Below, one piece after another: positions 46,857-57,677 of a stretch of 64,000 bases of DNA. The stretch is from assembly GCA_037189525.1 (NCBI GenBank), contig JBBCJC010000001.1, forward strand, positions 512,001-576,000, in the 5' to 3' direction. The translations under genes and the position numbers were made by a program. The notes under the pieces were generated by a model. That model was not told the DNA's origin. It ran no database searches and worked only from the letters and a program-made list of their open reading frames with translations. Source of the stretch: Gemmatimonadales bacterium (lineage in GTDB: Bacteria; Gemmatimonadota; Gemmatimonadetes; Gemmatimonadales; GWC2-71-9). Each line of letters begins with the position of its first letter. Within the stretch, counting starts at the first letter, position 1.

Positions 46857-48071
46857 ATGAATCCGCCACCGAGCGGTCAGCACCCTCTCCACCCGGACAC
46901 GCTGCTCATCCATACGGGCGGTCATCCCCGCGATCGGCACGGCGCGGTGAATCCGCCCGTCTATCGCGCGTCGACAATCGTGTTTCCGACCGTCGCCGCG
47001 TGGGAAGCCTCGCGCGACCCGGCCGTGCGCTTCGATCTGGTCCGCTACGGCCAGCTCGGCACGCCGACGACCTTCGCGCTGGAAGAAGCCCTCGCGACGC
47101 TCGAAGGCGGCTATCGCACCATCCTGGTTCCGTCGGGACTCGCCGCCTGTACGACGGCGCTCCAGGCGCTGCTGCAGACCGGGGATCATCTCCTGATGGT
47201 CGACACGGCCTATGCGCCCACCCGCCACTTCTGCGACGCCGTCCTGCCCCGCTCTGGTGTCAGCACCACGTACTACGATCCGCTGATCGGCGGGCGAATC
47301 CACGAGCTGTTCCAACCCAACACGCGCGTCGTGTTCCTGGAATCGCCGGGCTCGCTCACGTTCGAGGTGCAGGACGTACCCGCGATTGCCGAGGCTGCGC
47401 ATCGGGCCGGCATCACGGTGGTGATGGACAATACCTGGGCAACGCCGTACTTCTTTCCCGCGATGGCGCGCGGTGTGGATGTCTCGGTCCAGGCGGTAAC
47501 CAAGTATCCCGCCGGCCACGCCGACGTGATGATGGGCTCGATCACCACGACGGAAGCGCTCTACCTTCCGATTCGTTCGCTCGTCGCGGAGCAAGGCAAC
47601 TCGGTGAGCCCCGACGATGCCTACCTCGCGCTCCGCGGGCTTCGAACGATGGCGGTTCGGTTGGAGCGGCATCAGCAGAGCGCACTCCGGGTGGCCGAGT
47701 GGCTCCAGGGGCGACCTGAAGTGGCGCGAGTCCTCTACCCTGCGCTTCCGTCCGATCCGGGCCATGCACTCTGGACCCGTGACTTTACCGGTGCGACGGG
47801 ATTGCTGGGGGTCGTGCTGCATCCCGTCCCCAAACGTGCCGTCGACGCCATGCTGGATGGGTTGCGATGGTTCGGGATGGGCGCGAGCTGGGGCGGATAC
47901 GAAAGCCTGGTGTTGCCCTTCCAGCCCGAGAAGTTTCGCAGCGCCACGCGATGGGACGATCCGGGTCCGTTGCTTCGGCTCCACATCGGCCTCGAACATC
48001 CCGAGGACCTGATTGCGGACCTTGCGGAGGGACTCGACCGTCTCGCCACGGTAGCCTCGGCGACCGGGTGA
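46857..48071 (+). CDS. metC: Cystathionine beta-lyase
   Basis: VNPPVYRAST, ESPGSLTFE, DNTWA, TKY, SWGGYESL, RLHIGLE. Confidence 0.9.
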   Translation: MNPPPSGQHPLHPDTLLIHTGGHPRDRHGAVNPPVYRASTIVFPTVAAWEASRDPAVRFDLVRYGQLGTPTTFALEEALATLEGGYRTILVPSGLAACTTALQALLQTGDHLLMVDTAYAPTRHFCDAVLPRSGVSTTYYDPLIGGRIHELFQPNTRVVFLESPGSLTFEVQDVPAIAEAAHRAGITVVMDNTWATPYFFPAMARGVDVSVQAVTKYPAGHADVMMGSITTTEALYLPIRSLVAEQGNSVSPDDAYLALRGLRTMAVRLERHQQSALRVAEWLQGRPEVARVLYPALPSDPGHALWTRDFTGATGLLGVVLHPVPKRAVDAMLDGLRWFGMGASWGGYESLVLPFQPEKFRSATRWDDPGPLLRLHIGLEHPEDLIADLAEGLDRLATVASATG

Positions 48072-48105
48072 GCGGCGGCTCCGCCGCTCACTCTCGCGAG
48101 ACCTC

Positions 48106-49413
48106 ATGACTGCGCCGTCATCCGACCTGATCCGCTCCATCGGTCGCTGGAGCCTCACCGCGCTCGTCATCAACAACATGATCGGGACCGGGGTGTTCAT
48201 CCTCCCGGGCACCGTCGGGGCGCAGCTGGGCTGGATGAGCCCGATCGCCTGGGCGCTCGCCGCGCTCTGTACGGTTGTGATGATCCTGTGTTTCGCGGAG
48301 GTCGCGTCGCGGTTCACGACGGCGGGCGGCGCCTATCTCTATACCCAGGCAGCCTTCGGCCGGTATTTCGGACTCCAGATCGGGTGGATCACCTATTTCG
48401 CGCGCGCGGTCACCGCTGCTCTGCAGGCCAATCTCTTCACGACCTATCTGGCGGAACTCTGGCCCTGGGCCGGCACCAGAACGGGCAGCGTGTCCATCAC
48501 CACGCTGTTCATCGGATTCCTGACTGTCGTCAACCTGGGCAGCGTGCGCGCCGGGACGCGGACGAGCAATGCGCTCGCCGTCATCAAGCTGGCGCCGCTC
48601 CTGGTGCTGGGTGTGATGGGCCTGGTCTGGCTCGGACACGGAAGCACAGAACCGGCGATCCTCGCGACCGACCCGACGCTCGGTGGCTGGCTCGGCAGCC
48701 TGCTGCTTCTGATGTTTGCCTTCGGAGGCTATGAATCGGCGCTGATCCCGTTGGGAGAGGCGACCAACCCGCGGCGGGATGCCCCGTTCGCCCTCTTCCT
48801 CGGACTGGGGATCGTCACGCTGATCTATATCGCGACCCAGATAGCCGTGCTCGCTGCGCTGCCCGATCCGGGAACGACCAACCGCCCGATTGCCGCGGCC
48901 GTGCGGGCCATGATCGGCGACTCGGGCGCGATCGTGATCACGGTCACCGCTCTGGTATCCGTCTATGGTTGGCTGGCCGCCAATCTGCTGGCGGCTCCGC
49001 GGCTCTCCATGGCCATGGCTGCACAGGGCGACCTGCCCGCGTACTTCGGGCGTATCCATCCCAAATATCGCACGCCCTGGGTCTCGATCCTCATCTTCAG
49101 CACGTTGTCGTGGATCATGGCCACGCAGTCCGACCTGATGCAGAACCTCGGTCTCTCCGCCATCTCTCGCCTCTTCACCTATGGCGGCGTCTGCGCCGCG
49201 CTCCCCGTACTCCGCTGGAAAGAGCGACAGGGCCTCGCCGAAGCCGGTGTCGCGCATTTTCGGGCGCCGGCCGGCATTGCAGTCGCCGTGTTCGGAGTGG
49301 GGCTCTCGGTCATTCTGGCCACCCGGATGAGCCTGCGCGAGGTCGTGATCATGGCCGTCGTGCTGGTCGCGGCAACCGCTTACTGGGCAGCGACGGGCAG
49401 GCGCCGGGCCTGA
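48106..49413 (+). CDS. APC-family amino acid permease
   Basis: MIGTGVF, GGAYLY, AFGGYE; multi-pass hydrophobic pattern. Confidence 0.92.
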   Translation: MTAPSSDLIRSIGRWSLTALVINNMIGTGVFILPGTVGAQLGWMSPIAWALAALCTVVMILCFAEVASRFTTAGGAYLYTQAAFGRYFGLQIGWITYFARAVTAALQANLFTTYLAELWPWAGTRTGSVSITTLFIGFLTVVNLGSVRAGTRTSNALAVIKLAPLLVLGVMGLVWLGHGSTEPAILATDPTLGGWLGSLLLLMFAFGGYESALIPLGEATNPRRDAPFALFLGLGIVTLIYIATQIAVLAALPDPGTTNRPIAAAVRAMIGDSGAIVITVTALVSVYGWLAANLLAAPRLSMAMAAQGDLPAYFGRIHPKYRTPWVSILIFSTLSWIMATQSDLMQNLGLSAISRLFTYGGVCAALPVLRWKERQGLAEAGVAHFRAPAGIAVAVFGVGLSVILATRMSLREVVIMAVVLVAATAYWAATGRRRA

Positions 49414-49505
49414 CGGGAATCCTCAACCGAATAGTAGGATTGCAGCCCCTCCGTTGTTGTTAAGGCAGAGACTCGCTCTTCACCTGCAATCCAAGGACCG
49501 GCCCC

Positions 49506-50261
49506 ATGGACGACCGTATCGATAAGCTCGAACGAGACCTGCGGCTTTTCAAACGCTATGGCATCGGGATGACGCTCGCCTTCGGCGCCCTGCTGCTCGT
49601 TGCATTCCGGCAACCGGGACGGACCAAGTTCACGGAAATCGACGTCGAACGCGTCAACATCGTCGAAGCCGATGGCAGACTCCGGCTCGCCATCTCGAAT
49701 TCGACCCGCGCGTCTCCCATCATGTTCTACGGTAAAGAGTATCCCGGGCTCCGAGGCGGACACGGCATCGGCGGCGCGGGGATGATCTACTTCAATGATG
49801 AGGGCACCGAAAACGGGGGCTTCATGTGGCAGGGGCGGCGGAACCCCGATGGCACCTACCTCGCCAGCGGCCTGCTGACCTTCGATCAATACAATCAGGG
49901 CGAAGCGCTCGCGCTTTCCTACGGCGACAACAACGGCCAGCGCCGCGCCGGGCTGTCCATCCTGGATCAGCCAGAAGGATCGGTCCAGCCGCACCTCGAT
50001 TCACTCATCGCGATCGATCAGATTCCCGACAGCGCCGAGCGGACCAAGCGAAGAGCCGCCTACAGCCGGATCCTCAGCGCGACCGGCGCCTACACCCAGC
50101 GACTCTATGTCGGCAAAGATGCCACCAAGTCGTCGCTCCTGACCCTCGCCGACCCGCAGGGCCGGACCCGGCTGCGCCTGTCGGTCGATTCGCTCGGCAT
50201 GGCACGCCTGGAGTTCCTGGACGAGAAAGGCAATGTCAGCCGGCAGCTCCTGGGCCAGTGA
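49506..50261 (+). CDS. Conserved hypothetical membrane-anchored protein (paralog of 28116-28898)
   Basis: Shared blocks DVERVNIVEADG, FNDEGTENGG, LTFDQ, LADPQGR. Confidence 0.75.
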   Translation: MDDRIDKLERDLRLFKRYGIGMTLAFGALLLVAFRQPGRTKFTEIDVERVNIVEADGRLRLAISNSTRASPIMFYGKEYPGLRGGHGIGGAGMIYFNDEGTENGGFMWQGRRNPDGTYLASGLLTFDQYNQGEALALSYGDNNGQRRAGLSILDQPEGSVQPHLDSLIAIDQIPDSAERTKRRAAYSRILSATGAYTQRLYVGKDATKSSLLTLADPQGRTRLRLSVDSLGMARLEFLDEKGNVSRQLLGQ

Positions 50262-50306
50262 GATCCAAGGCGTCGTCGCCGGAATATCAGCGGCTCTGAC
50301 CGAAGC

Positions 50307-52364
50307 TCAGTCGGTCACAGGCACATTCCGGCGCACCACGCCAATGCTCTCCAGCGCCGCCAGGAACTCGAGCACGGCCTCGAGCGGCACCGGACCGTAC
50401 ACCGCGGTGAGCGCGTCCCGGATCTGCTGCGCGGTCCTCCGCCCGTCGACGAAGTTGAGCAACTCGTAGGAGTACTCCGCGCCCCCGCCCCGAAGACCCT
50501 GATGGCGCATCAAGCGGAGCTGTCCGGCCCGCTCTGCGCCATAGTGGTCGTTGAGATAGTCGTACGCGAAGGCGGACATCGGTCCTTTCACCGCCGTCCG
50601 CTGATAGACCACGGCACCCGGCCCGCTGGCCGGAGGCGCCGGCACCGCGCGGCCCGTCATCGATTCCAGATTGTTCTGGAACGACTCGGCGCGGGCAATC
50701 ACCTCGCGCGGCGCCGCGAAAAAGCGCGAGAAGGACGCCAGCCTGCGCTTTTCCGCATCCCAGTGGAAGCGGGTTAGCGCAGCTGCCGAGGCTGAATCGA
50801 CCTCGAGGCGGCGCTGCAACAGTGTCGAGGTCCGTTCGAGGGTTCGGGCCGCTACGGTCTCCCAAAGTGTCGCGGCGTCCCGGCTCGTCGCGTTGGCCAG
50901 CACCAGCGCCGACGCCGCCCCGATGAAGGCGGCCCGCTTGAGCACCGTCGGGTCGATGTTGGCGGGAAGATCGAAGTTGGTGTGGATGTACCGATCGGGC
51001 CACTGGGCCAGATAGATGGCCGGGATGGCGAACGACCCTTCGGTGTAGATCTCGTGATCGCTGCCTAACGTGAAATCATCGACCAGGCCGGCAAACGGTT
51101 CCTTGCCCCCTTCCGGCGCCACCAGCGGATAGCGTGCCCGTCCGGTAGCCGCGAACTCCGCCGACTGCTGATTGACAAACAGGGTCCACGCGTCGGCCAC
51201 ATCGTTGACGAAGGTCGGCAGACTCGCCGGGCTGTGCTTGACCTGGAACTGCGCCTTGGTCACCGGCCCGCCGCCCACCATATCCATGTGGACGACGGCC
51301 TTGATCCGATCGCGAACCTCCGGCCGTTCGGTCAGGAGCGCCAGGGTGCCTTCGATCTCGGGCGGCCAGATGAAGCGGAGCGTTCGGGCCGGACGCGGAA
51401 TGGCGCCATCGGCAACCAGCTTGGCGAGGGTGCGTCCGATTTCGAGGATGGTCACACAGCCGCTGGCGTTGTCGTTGGCCCCCGGCTTCTGATGATCGAG
51501 ATGACAGCTGAAGGCAATCTCTTCGCCGCGGAGCGCGGGATCCGCGCCCTCGATCAGGGCACTGGTGATCTGGTACACCCCGGGCCGGCGTCCGCCGCGC
51601 ACTTCGGCGCGCATCCGGATCGTCTCGCCGCGGGCCAGCCGCTGCCTGAGCAGTCGCCCCTGCTTGAGCGACACCATGAAACCGAGCCGATTGTAGGGCG
51701 TGAACGCGTCATAGTGGCCCCAGCGGATCAGATTCTCATCCTCGCCCCACCAGGCGTTGCGCTGATTCTGGGCATAGCTCACGATCCCGGCGGCGCCATA
51801 CTTGGCAATGGCAAGCGCGCCCACCGCCGCGGGCTGCTGAGCCGCCAGTACCAGCTTGCCGCGCACGTCGCGGCCGGCATAATCGGCCTCGCTGGTGCCG
51901 TCGCCGACATCGACCAGCTCCGACTCGACCGAGCCGCCCTCGCTCAGATTCGCGATGGTGATCGGGGCTGCGTCCCACGACGCCAGCCGCTCGGCCGGGA
52001 CCCACTGATCGCCCTGGCGGCCGAGTTCCCAGAGTTCACCGAAATCGATCTGCCAGGCCGGGCGGGATCGCTGGGTGCCGTAGAAGCGCTTGCCGTCGGT
52101 GGGAAACGAGTCGACCCGGACCCGAACCAGACCGACCGCGCCGGCCTGCGCCACCATGAACTCGACGGCCTGATTGAAGTCGCGCGACCCTGCCATGCGG
52201 TGGAGCCGCGTCAGGTACTCGAGGTTGCGCTTGGCAGCTTCGCCCGAGAGTTCGCGGGCCAGCGCCGCCACCGTCGCATCCGGCAGCAACCGAGGCTGCT
52301 GCGCATCGGCCGAGGTTACCTGGGCCAGCGTCATCAGTCCCACCATCAGCCATCGGGTCATCAC
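50307..52364 (-). CDS. M28-family peptidase with PA domain
   Basis: CHLDH, GANDNASG, PPEIEG, HMDMVG, GSDH, YIHT. Confidence 0.85.
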   Translation of the reverse strand: MMTRWLMVGLMTLAQVTSADAQQPRLLPDATVAALARELSGEAAKRNLEYLTRLHRMAGSRDFNQAVEFMVAQAGAVGLVRVRVDSFPTDGKRFYGTQRSRPAWQIDFGELWELGRQGDQWVPAERLASWDAAPITIANLSEGGSVESELVDVGDGTSEADYAGRDVRGKLVLAAQQPAAVGALAIAKYGAAGIVSYAQNQRNAWWGEDENLIRWGHYDAFTPYNRLGFMVSLKQGRLLRQRLARGETIRMRAEVRGGRRPGVYQITSALIEGADPALRGEEIAFSCHLDHQKPGANDNASGCVTILEIGRTLAKLVADGAIPRPARTLRFIWPPEIEGTLALLTERPEVRDRIKAVVHMDMVGGGPVTKAQFQVKHSPASLPTFVNDVADAWTLFVNQQSAEFAATGRARYPLVAPEGGKEPFAGLVDDFTLGSDHEIYTEGSFAIPAIYLAQWPDRYIHTNFDLPANIDPTVLKRAAFIGAASALVLANATSRDAATLWETVAARTLERTSTLLQRRLEVDSASAAALTRFHWDAEKRRLASFSRFFAAPREVIARAESFQNNLESMTGRAVPAPPASGPGAVVYQRTAVKGPMSAFAYDYLNDHYGAERAGQLRLMRHQGLRGGGAEYSYELLNFVDGRRTAQQIRDALTAVYGPVPLEAVLEFLAALESIGVVRRNVPVTD

Positions 52365-52527
52365 TGCTCCTTGCGCGACCGTTCGCTCCTGCGGCGACTT
52401 CTTCAGTTACAAGATGGGGACAAAACCCGTCATTCGCACGCCCATCCGGAGGCCCCGCCATCTGGCCTGCCGGGTCCCATCAGACTATCGTCCGGTCCCG
52501 AATCCATTCAACCCAGAGGTTTTTCAG

Positions 52528-54843
52528 ATGCGCCGTGCCCTGACCGGGCTCCTGCTCCTCGCGGCAGCCCGCTCGGCTTCTGCCCAAGTCGACTACCATC
52601 GGGCCGAACAGTTCCTGACCTGGAACTCGACCCGTCTCATCTACAACGACCAGGTCGCGCCCACCTGGTACGCCGACAGCACCCGATTCTGGTACCGGGT
52701 CCATACCCCGACCGGTTTCCGTTTTCTCTCGGTAACACCGTCGACCGGCGCCAAATCGCAGCTCTTCGACAATGCGCGCCTTGCCGCCGCCCTCTCGGTC
52801 GCGGGCGACACCGCAATCCAGCCGACCAAGCTGCCCTTCCAGACCTTCACGTTCGATCAGGACGGCAAGAACGAGCGCGCCATCCTGGTGCGGATCGGGA
52901 AGCGCGCCTTCCGTTGTGAGCTGGCGGGCTATCAGTGCGCCAAGACGGACACCCTGCCCAGTCAGATGCGCTTCGTTCGGTCTCCCGACGGACAGTGGAA
53001 CGCGTTCACCGCAGGCAACAATCTCTGGGTTCGCCCGGTTGCCGGCGGTGACTCGATTCAGCTCACCACCGATGGCGCCGAGCTCTACGGCTATGGCCAC
53101 GGTTCTCCGCGTCCCAATCAGGTTCGACAGAAGCGGCCCAGCCGGCCCAACGTGATCTGGTCGCCGGATTCGAAGCGGTTGCTGGTGTCCCGGGTCGACG
53201 AACGCGGGGTCCAGACGCTCGGCCTGATCAGCATGACCACCGTCCGGCCGGTGACGTACACCTATCCGTATGCGATGCCGGGCGACTCGATCGTCGAGCG
53301 GCTCGAGTGGTACGCCGTCGATATCGGCGCCAAGTCATCCAAGCGGATCGATGCGCCAGCGCAACCGGCCATGGCGTTCTACAATTTCGGCGGCCAGTCG
53401 GCACAGTGGAACCCGGGAAGCGACCGGATCTTCTTTGCGCACGTCGACCGAGGCCCCAAGCGGGTCCGGCTGATGAGCGCCGATCCGACCACCGGCGCCG
53501 CGCGCACGCTGCTCGCAGACAGCAGTTCGTCCTATGTGATCGGCTCGGTCGATCTCTTCGGCCAGGGCACCAACTGGAAGGTGCTCAAGAACGGCGACAT
53601 CCTCTGGCTGTCGGAACGGGACGGCTTTGCGCATTTCTATCGCTACTCGGCGGACGGCACGCTCAAAAACCAGGTGACCTCGGGCGGCTGGGTGGTGTCG
53701 GCGCTGCACTGGGTCGACGAAACGACCGGCCGGATTTATTTCTCGGGCAAGGGCCGCGAGAGTGACCGGCACGCCGACTATGCGCAGCTCTACTCCGTGG
53801 GGCTCGACGGCAGCGGTCTGACGCTGCTCAGCCCGGAAAAGGCGCATCACGCCATTACGCCGATACCGTCGGGCAAGTACTTCATCGACACCTACTCGAC
53901 CGTGAGCGATCCGCCCGTCGTGGTGATCCGCGGCGTGGACGGTCGCGTCGTCGCCGAACTCGAGCGAGCCAACATCGACGCCCTGCGCGCGACGGGATGG
54001 CGATCAGGAGAGGTCTTCACCGCGAAAGCCCGGGACGGCGTGACCGACGTCTGGGGCACCATCTGGAAGCCGAGCCACTACGACTCGACCAAGCGGTACC
54101 CGATCATCGACCATATCTATCCGGGCCCGCTGATCACGCCGACGCCCAAAGCGTTTTTCCCGAACCGCGAAGCCTTTACCTATCCGCTTGCCGGGCAGGT
54201 GCAGGCACTGGCCGAACTGGGCTTCATCGTGGTCTCGATCGACGCGATCGGCAACACGGGCCGAGCCAAGGCGCTCAACACGCTCTGGTACGGCAACATG
54301 GGCGACAACGGCATTCCCGACCACGTCGCCGTGATCAAGCAGCTGGCCTCGCGCATGCCGAGCATCGATCTCGACCGGGTCGGCATCTACGGCCATTCGG
54401 GCGGCGCCTTTGCTTCGACCGGCGCGATGCTCCGCTACCCCGATTTCTTCAAGGTGGCCGTCTCGACCGCCGGCAATCACGACAACCGCACCTACTACAG
54501 CGGCTGGGGCGAGCGGTTCCAGGGCCTGCTGGTCCGCGACACGCTGCGCAACACCGATAACTACGCAGCCTCCGCCAACCGGACGCTGGCTTCGAACCTC
54601 AAGGGCAAGCTCTTCCTGATGCACGGCGACCTGGACGACAACGTCCATCCCGGCGGGACGGTGGCCCTGGTCGATGCGCTGATCAAGGCGGACAAGACGT
54701 TCGACTTCATGGTGATCCCGGATGCCGACCATGGCATCACCCAGCATCCGTGGGTGATCCGGCGGACCTGGGATTACTTCGTCCAGCACCTGCTGGGCAA
54801 GACACCGCCCGACAACTTCTCGATCGCGCCACCTCCGACCTGA
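52528..54843 (+). CDS. S9B dipeptidyl-peptidase IV-like peptidase
   Basis: Signal peptide, YPGP, GHSGG, HGDLDDNVH, DADH. Confidence 0.93.
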   Translation: MRRALTGLLLLAAARSASAQVDYHRAEQFLTWNSTRLIYNDQVAPTWYADSTRFWYRVHTPTGFRFLSVTPSTGAKSQLFDNARLAAALSVAGDTAIQPTKLPFQTFTFDQDGKNERAILVRIGKRAFRCELAGYQCAKTDTLPSQMRFVRSPDGQWNAFTAGNNLWVRPVAGGDSIQLTTDGAELYGYGHGSPRPNQVRQKRPSRPNVIWSPDSKRLLVSRVDERGVQTLGLISMTTVRPVTYTYPYAMPGDSIVERLEWYAVDIGAKSSKRIDAPAQPAMAFYNFGGQSAQWNPGSDRIFFAHVDRGPKRVRLMSADPTTGAARTLLADSSSSYVIGSVDLFGQGTNWKVLKNGDILWLSERDGFAHFYRYSADGTLKNQVTSGGWVVSALHWVDETTGRIYFSGKGRESDRHADYAQLYSVGLDGSGLTLLSPEKAHHAITPIPSGKYFIDTYSTVSDPPVVVIRGVDGRVVAELERANIDALRATGWRSGEVFTAKARDGVTDVWGTIWKPSHYDSTKRYPIIDHIYPGPLITPTPKAFFPNREAFTYPLAGQVQALAELGFIVVSIDAIGNTGRAKALNTLWYGNMGDNGIPDHVAVIKQLASRMPSIDLDRVGIYGHSGGAFASTGAMLRYPDFFKVAVSTAGNHDNRTYYSGWGERFQGLLVRDTLRNTDNYAASANRTLASNLKGKLFLMHGDLDDNVHPGGTVALVDALIKADKTFDFMVIPDADHGITQHPWVIRRTWDYFVQHLLGKTPPDNFSIAPPPT

Positions 54844-54850
54844 GCTGACC

Positions 54851-54888
54851 CCGACCGCCCCGGCCATCGACCGGGGCGGTTCGGTTTT
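54851..54888 (+). terminator. Rho-independent terminator
   Basis: ACCGCCCCGG-7 nt-CCGGGGCGGT followed by TCGGTTTT. Confidence 0.7.
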
Positions 54889-54955
54889 CCCCACGTCTGG
54901 CTATTACGTTTCCGGAATATCCGAACCAGCCCGCCCCTCCCGAACCAGGTTTCCC

Positions 54956-57625
54956 ATGCGCCTGATCGCGACGTTGCTCCTCATCCCGACACTGCTCTCG
55001 GCCCAGGATTTCGACTTCTATTCCCGGGGGCCCTACCGCCCCAACGTGCCGCGTCCCGACTCGCTGCTGGGCTACCAGCTCGGCAGCCAGCACACCATGT
55101 ATCATCAGCAGCAGCAGGTGCTAGATCGCCTGATTGCCGCCGCGCCCGACCGGGTCCGCACCGAAGTGATCGGACGGACCGCCGAGGGCAAGGTGATGCG
55201 CCTGCTGATCATTTCGTCTCCCAAGAACATCGGCCGACTCGACGAGATTCGCGCCAATCTCGATCGTCTGGCCGACCCGCGACGCACCTCGGCATCAGAG
55301 GCGGCGTCCCTGGCGGATGCGACGCCCGTCACCGTGCTGCTGACTCACTCGGTCCACGGCAACGAACCGGCCGGCTTCGAGACGGCCATGGCGACCACCT
55401 ATCAGTTGCTCGCCTCCGATGAGCCGGCCACACTCGCGATGCTGGAGAATGCGGTCGTCCTGATCAACCCGTCCCAGAATCCTGACGGGCACGAGCGATT
55501 TGCCGCCTGGTCCAACTCGATTGCGGTCGCGTCGGACGATCCGATGGCGATGGAGCAGTCCGAGCCCTGGTCGATTCGCGGCCGTTTCAACCACTATCGC
55601 TTCGACATGAATCGCGACATGCTGGCGCAGTCGCAGAGCGAGAGCAAGGCGCTGGCGTCGGTCTACCTCCGCTGGCGGCCGCAGGTCATTGCCGATCTGC
55701 ACAGCACGACGGAGCAGTATTTCTTCCCGCCGGTTTCGCAGGCGCATAACCCGAACGTGCCGGCCACGACGTTCCGCTGGTTCGAACGGTTCGGCCGCAA
55801 CAACGGCGATGCCTTCGATCGCTTCGGATGGCAGTACTTCGTCAGCGACGTCTTCGACTTCTTCTATCCCGGCTACATCGATACCTGGCCCACCATGCGG
55901 GGCGGCGTCGGCATGACCTACGAGACCGACGGCGGGCCGGAGCTGGCGCTGCGCAAGGACGACGGTTCGGTCATGACGTTCCGGATGGCGATTGCGCATC
56001 ACTACGTCGCGGCGCTGGCGACGGTCGACTACGCCGCCAAGAATCGCGCCGAACGGCTGCGCGACTTCCACAACTTCCTCGCCAGCGGCATGGCCGACGC
56101 CGAGAAGCGGCCGTTTCGCCGGGTCGTGTTCTCCGGTGAGAATGCCACCGCGGTGCAATGGCTGGTGCGACGGCTCCTGGCCGAGGAGATCGAAGTGACT
56201 CGGTTGAGCCAGCCGTGGACGACTCTCCGGGCCAACTCGTATCTCGGCGGCCCGGCAGCTCGGCAGACCTTCCCTTCCGGCAGCTACGTCGTCGACCTCA
56301 ACCAGCCACAAGCCCGGCTCGCGACCACCATCCTCGAACCCCGGACCGCATTCGACTCGGCGTTTGTCCGTGAACAGCGATCGGCGTACCAGCGGAACCA
56401 GCGCCGTGGCGAAGCGGCCGACCGCGAAGGGTACAGCTTCTACGACGTGACCGCCTGGTCCCTGCCGTATGCGCTCGGTCTCGACGCCTGGTGGACCGAC
56501 GACGTTGCCGCGCTGCCCGGTGACCGGGTCACGACGGCGGCTCTCCCGGCGCCGGCTGCTCCCGCCCGGGCCCGTTCGAGCTACCTCTTCACCAATGCCG
56601 ACGAATCGAGTGCCCGGCTGGCGATCAAGTTGCTGCGAGAAGGGTTTCGCGTCGCGTTTGCGACGGAACCGATCATTGCCGACGGGACATCCTATCCGCG
56701 CGGCACCTTCGTGGTCCGGATCCAGCGGAATCCCGACACCGTTCACGATCGGATTGCTGCCCTGGCCCGGGAGGTGGGAGCAACCGTGATCGCGTCGCAG
56801 TCGGCCTTTCCGGACGGGGGCCGGTTCGGACCGGGCAGCGGATCGGTGATCCCCCTCGAGACGCCCCGGATCCTGCTCGCCGGCGGGGACGGAGTCGACG
56901 CGACCTCATTCGGCGCCCTCTGGTTCTACTTCGAGCGGGAACTGGGTGTGTCGATCGTTCCGGTCAACCTGGCCACGCTGGGCAGCGCGAACTTTTCCAC
57001 CTATAACGTCCTGATCATTCCGGAAGGTTCGAGCAGCCGGATGGCGCGCGAACTGGGCGAGACCGGTATGTCGCGGCTCAAACAGTGGGTCGAAGGAGGC
57101 GGAGCCGTCATCGGCATCGGCAGCGGCGTGGCCAGTCTGCTCAGCCGGCGAGAACTCGGACTCACCACGGTTGCCGACGTGACCGGCGACAGCTCGATTG
57201 CCAAGGATACGACGGTCGCAAGCGGCGCGACTGCGGGACCGCCGCTCGTCTCGGCCACCGCACCTGGCGGCCGTGATCCGGAATACATTCCGGGAAGCAT
57301 CTTCCGAGGCACCATCGACCGGACCCACTGGCTGACCGCCGGCTACGAGCGCGATCACCTGCCGGTGTTCCTGGATACGTCGACGCCGCTCAAAGCGTCG
57401 AGCAAGGGAGACAACCCGGTGGCGTTTGCCGGCAAGGACCTGCTGCTGAGCGGATGGTCGTGGCCCGGTAATACCGAGCGTGTGGTGCAGAACAGCGTCT
57501 ATGCCGCGGTCGAATCGGCCGGACGGGGACGGGTGATTCTTTTCGCCAGCAGCCCGGTCTTCCGCGCCCTCTGGCGAGGCCCAGCCAAGCTGCTCACCAA
57601 CGCGGTCCTGGTCGGCCCCCGCTGA
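54956..57625 (+). CDS. M14-family zinc carboxypeptidase
   Basis: VHGNE, NPDG, DMNRD, DLHS. Confidence 0.9.
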   Translation: MRLIATLLLIPTLLSAQDFDFYSRGPYRPNVPRPDSLLGYQLGSQHTMYHQQQQVLDRLIAAAPDRVRTEVIGRTAEGKVMRLLIISSPKNIGRLDEIRANLDRLADPRRTSASEAASLADATPVTVLLTHSVHGNEPAGFETAMATTYQLLASDEPATLAMLENAVVLINPSQNPDGHERFAAWSNSIAVASDDPMAMEQSEPWSIRGRFNHYRFDMNRDMLAQSQSESKALASVYLRWRPQVIADLHSTTEQYFFPPVSQAHNPNVPATTFRWFERFGRNNGDAFDRFGWQYFVSDVFDFFYPGYIDTWPTMRGGVGMTYETDGGPELALRKDDGSVMTFRMAIAHHYVAALATVDYAAKNRAERLRDFHNFLASGMADAEKRPFRRVVFSGENATAVQWLVRRLLAEEIEVTRLSQPWTTLRANSYLGGPAARQTFPSGSYVVDLNQPQARLATTILEPRTAFDSAFVREQRSAYQRNQRRGEAADREGYSFYDVTAWSLPYALGLDAWWTDDVAALPGDRVTTAALPAPAAPARARSSYLFTNADESSARLAIKLLREGFRVAFATEPIIADGTSYPRGTFVVRIQRNPDTVHDRIAALAREVGATVIASQSAFPDGGRFGPGSGSVIPLETPRILLAGGDGVDATSFGALWFYFERELGVSIVPVNLATLGSANFSTYNVLIIPEGSSSRMARELGETGMSRLKQWVEGGGAVIGIGSGVASLLSRRELGLTTVADVTGDSSIAKDTTVASGATAGPPLVSATAPGGRDPEYIPGSIFRGTIDRTHWLTAGYERDHLPVFLDTSTPLKASSKGDNPVAFAGKDLLLSGWSWPGNTERVVQNSVYAAVESAGRGRVILFASSPVFRALWRGPAKLLTNAVLVGPR

Positions 57626-57629
57626 GACG

Positions 57630-57671
57630 ATCCGTGGTGGCTCCGAAATGAGGCTCGGAGCCACCACGGAT
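57630..57671. terminator. 17-bp perfect hairpin between convergent genes
   Basis: ATCCGTGGTGGCTCCGA-8 nt-TCGGAGCCACCACGGAT; lacks a U-tract. Confidence 0.6.
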
Positions 57672-57677
57672 TGCTAG

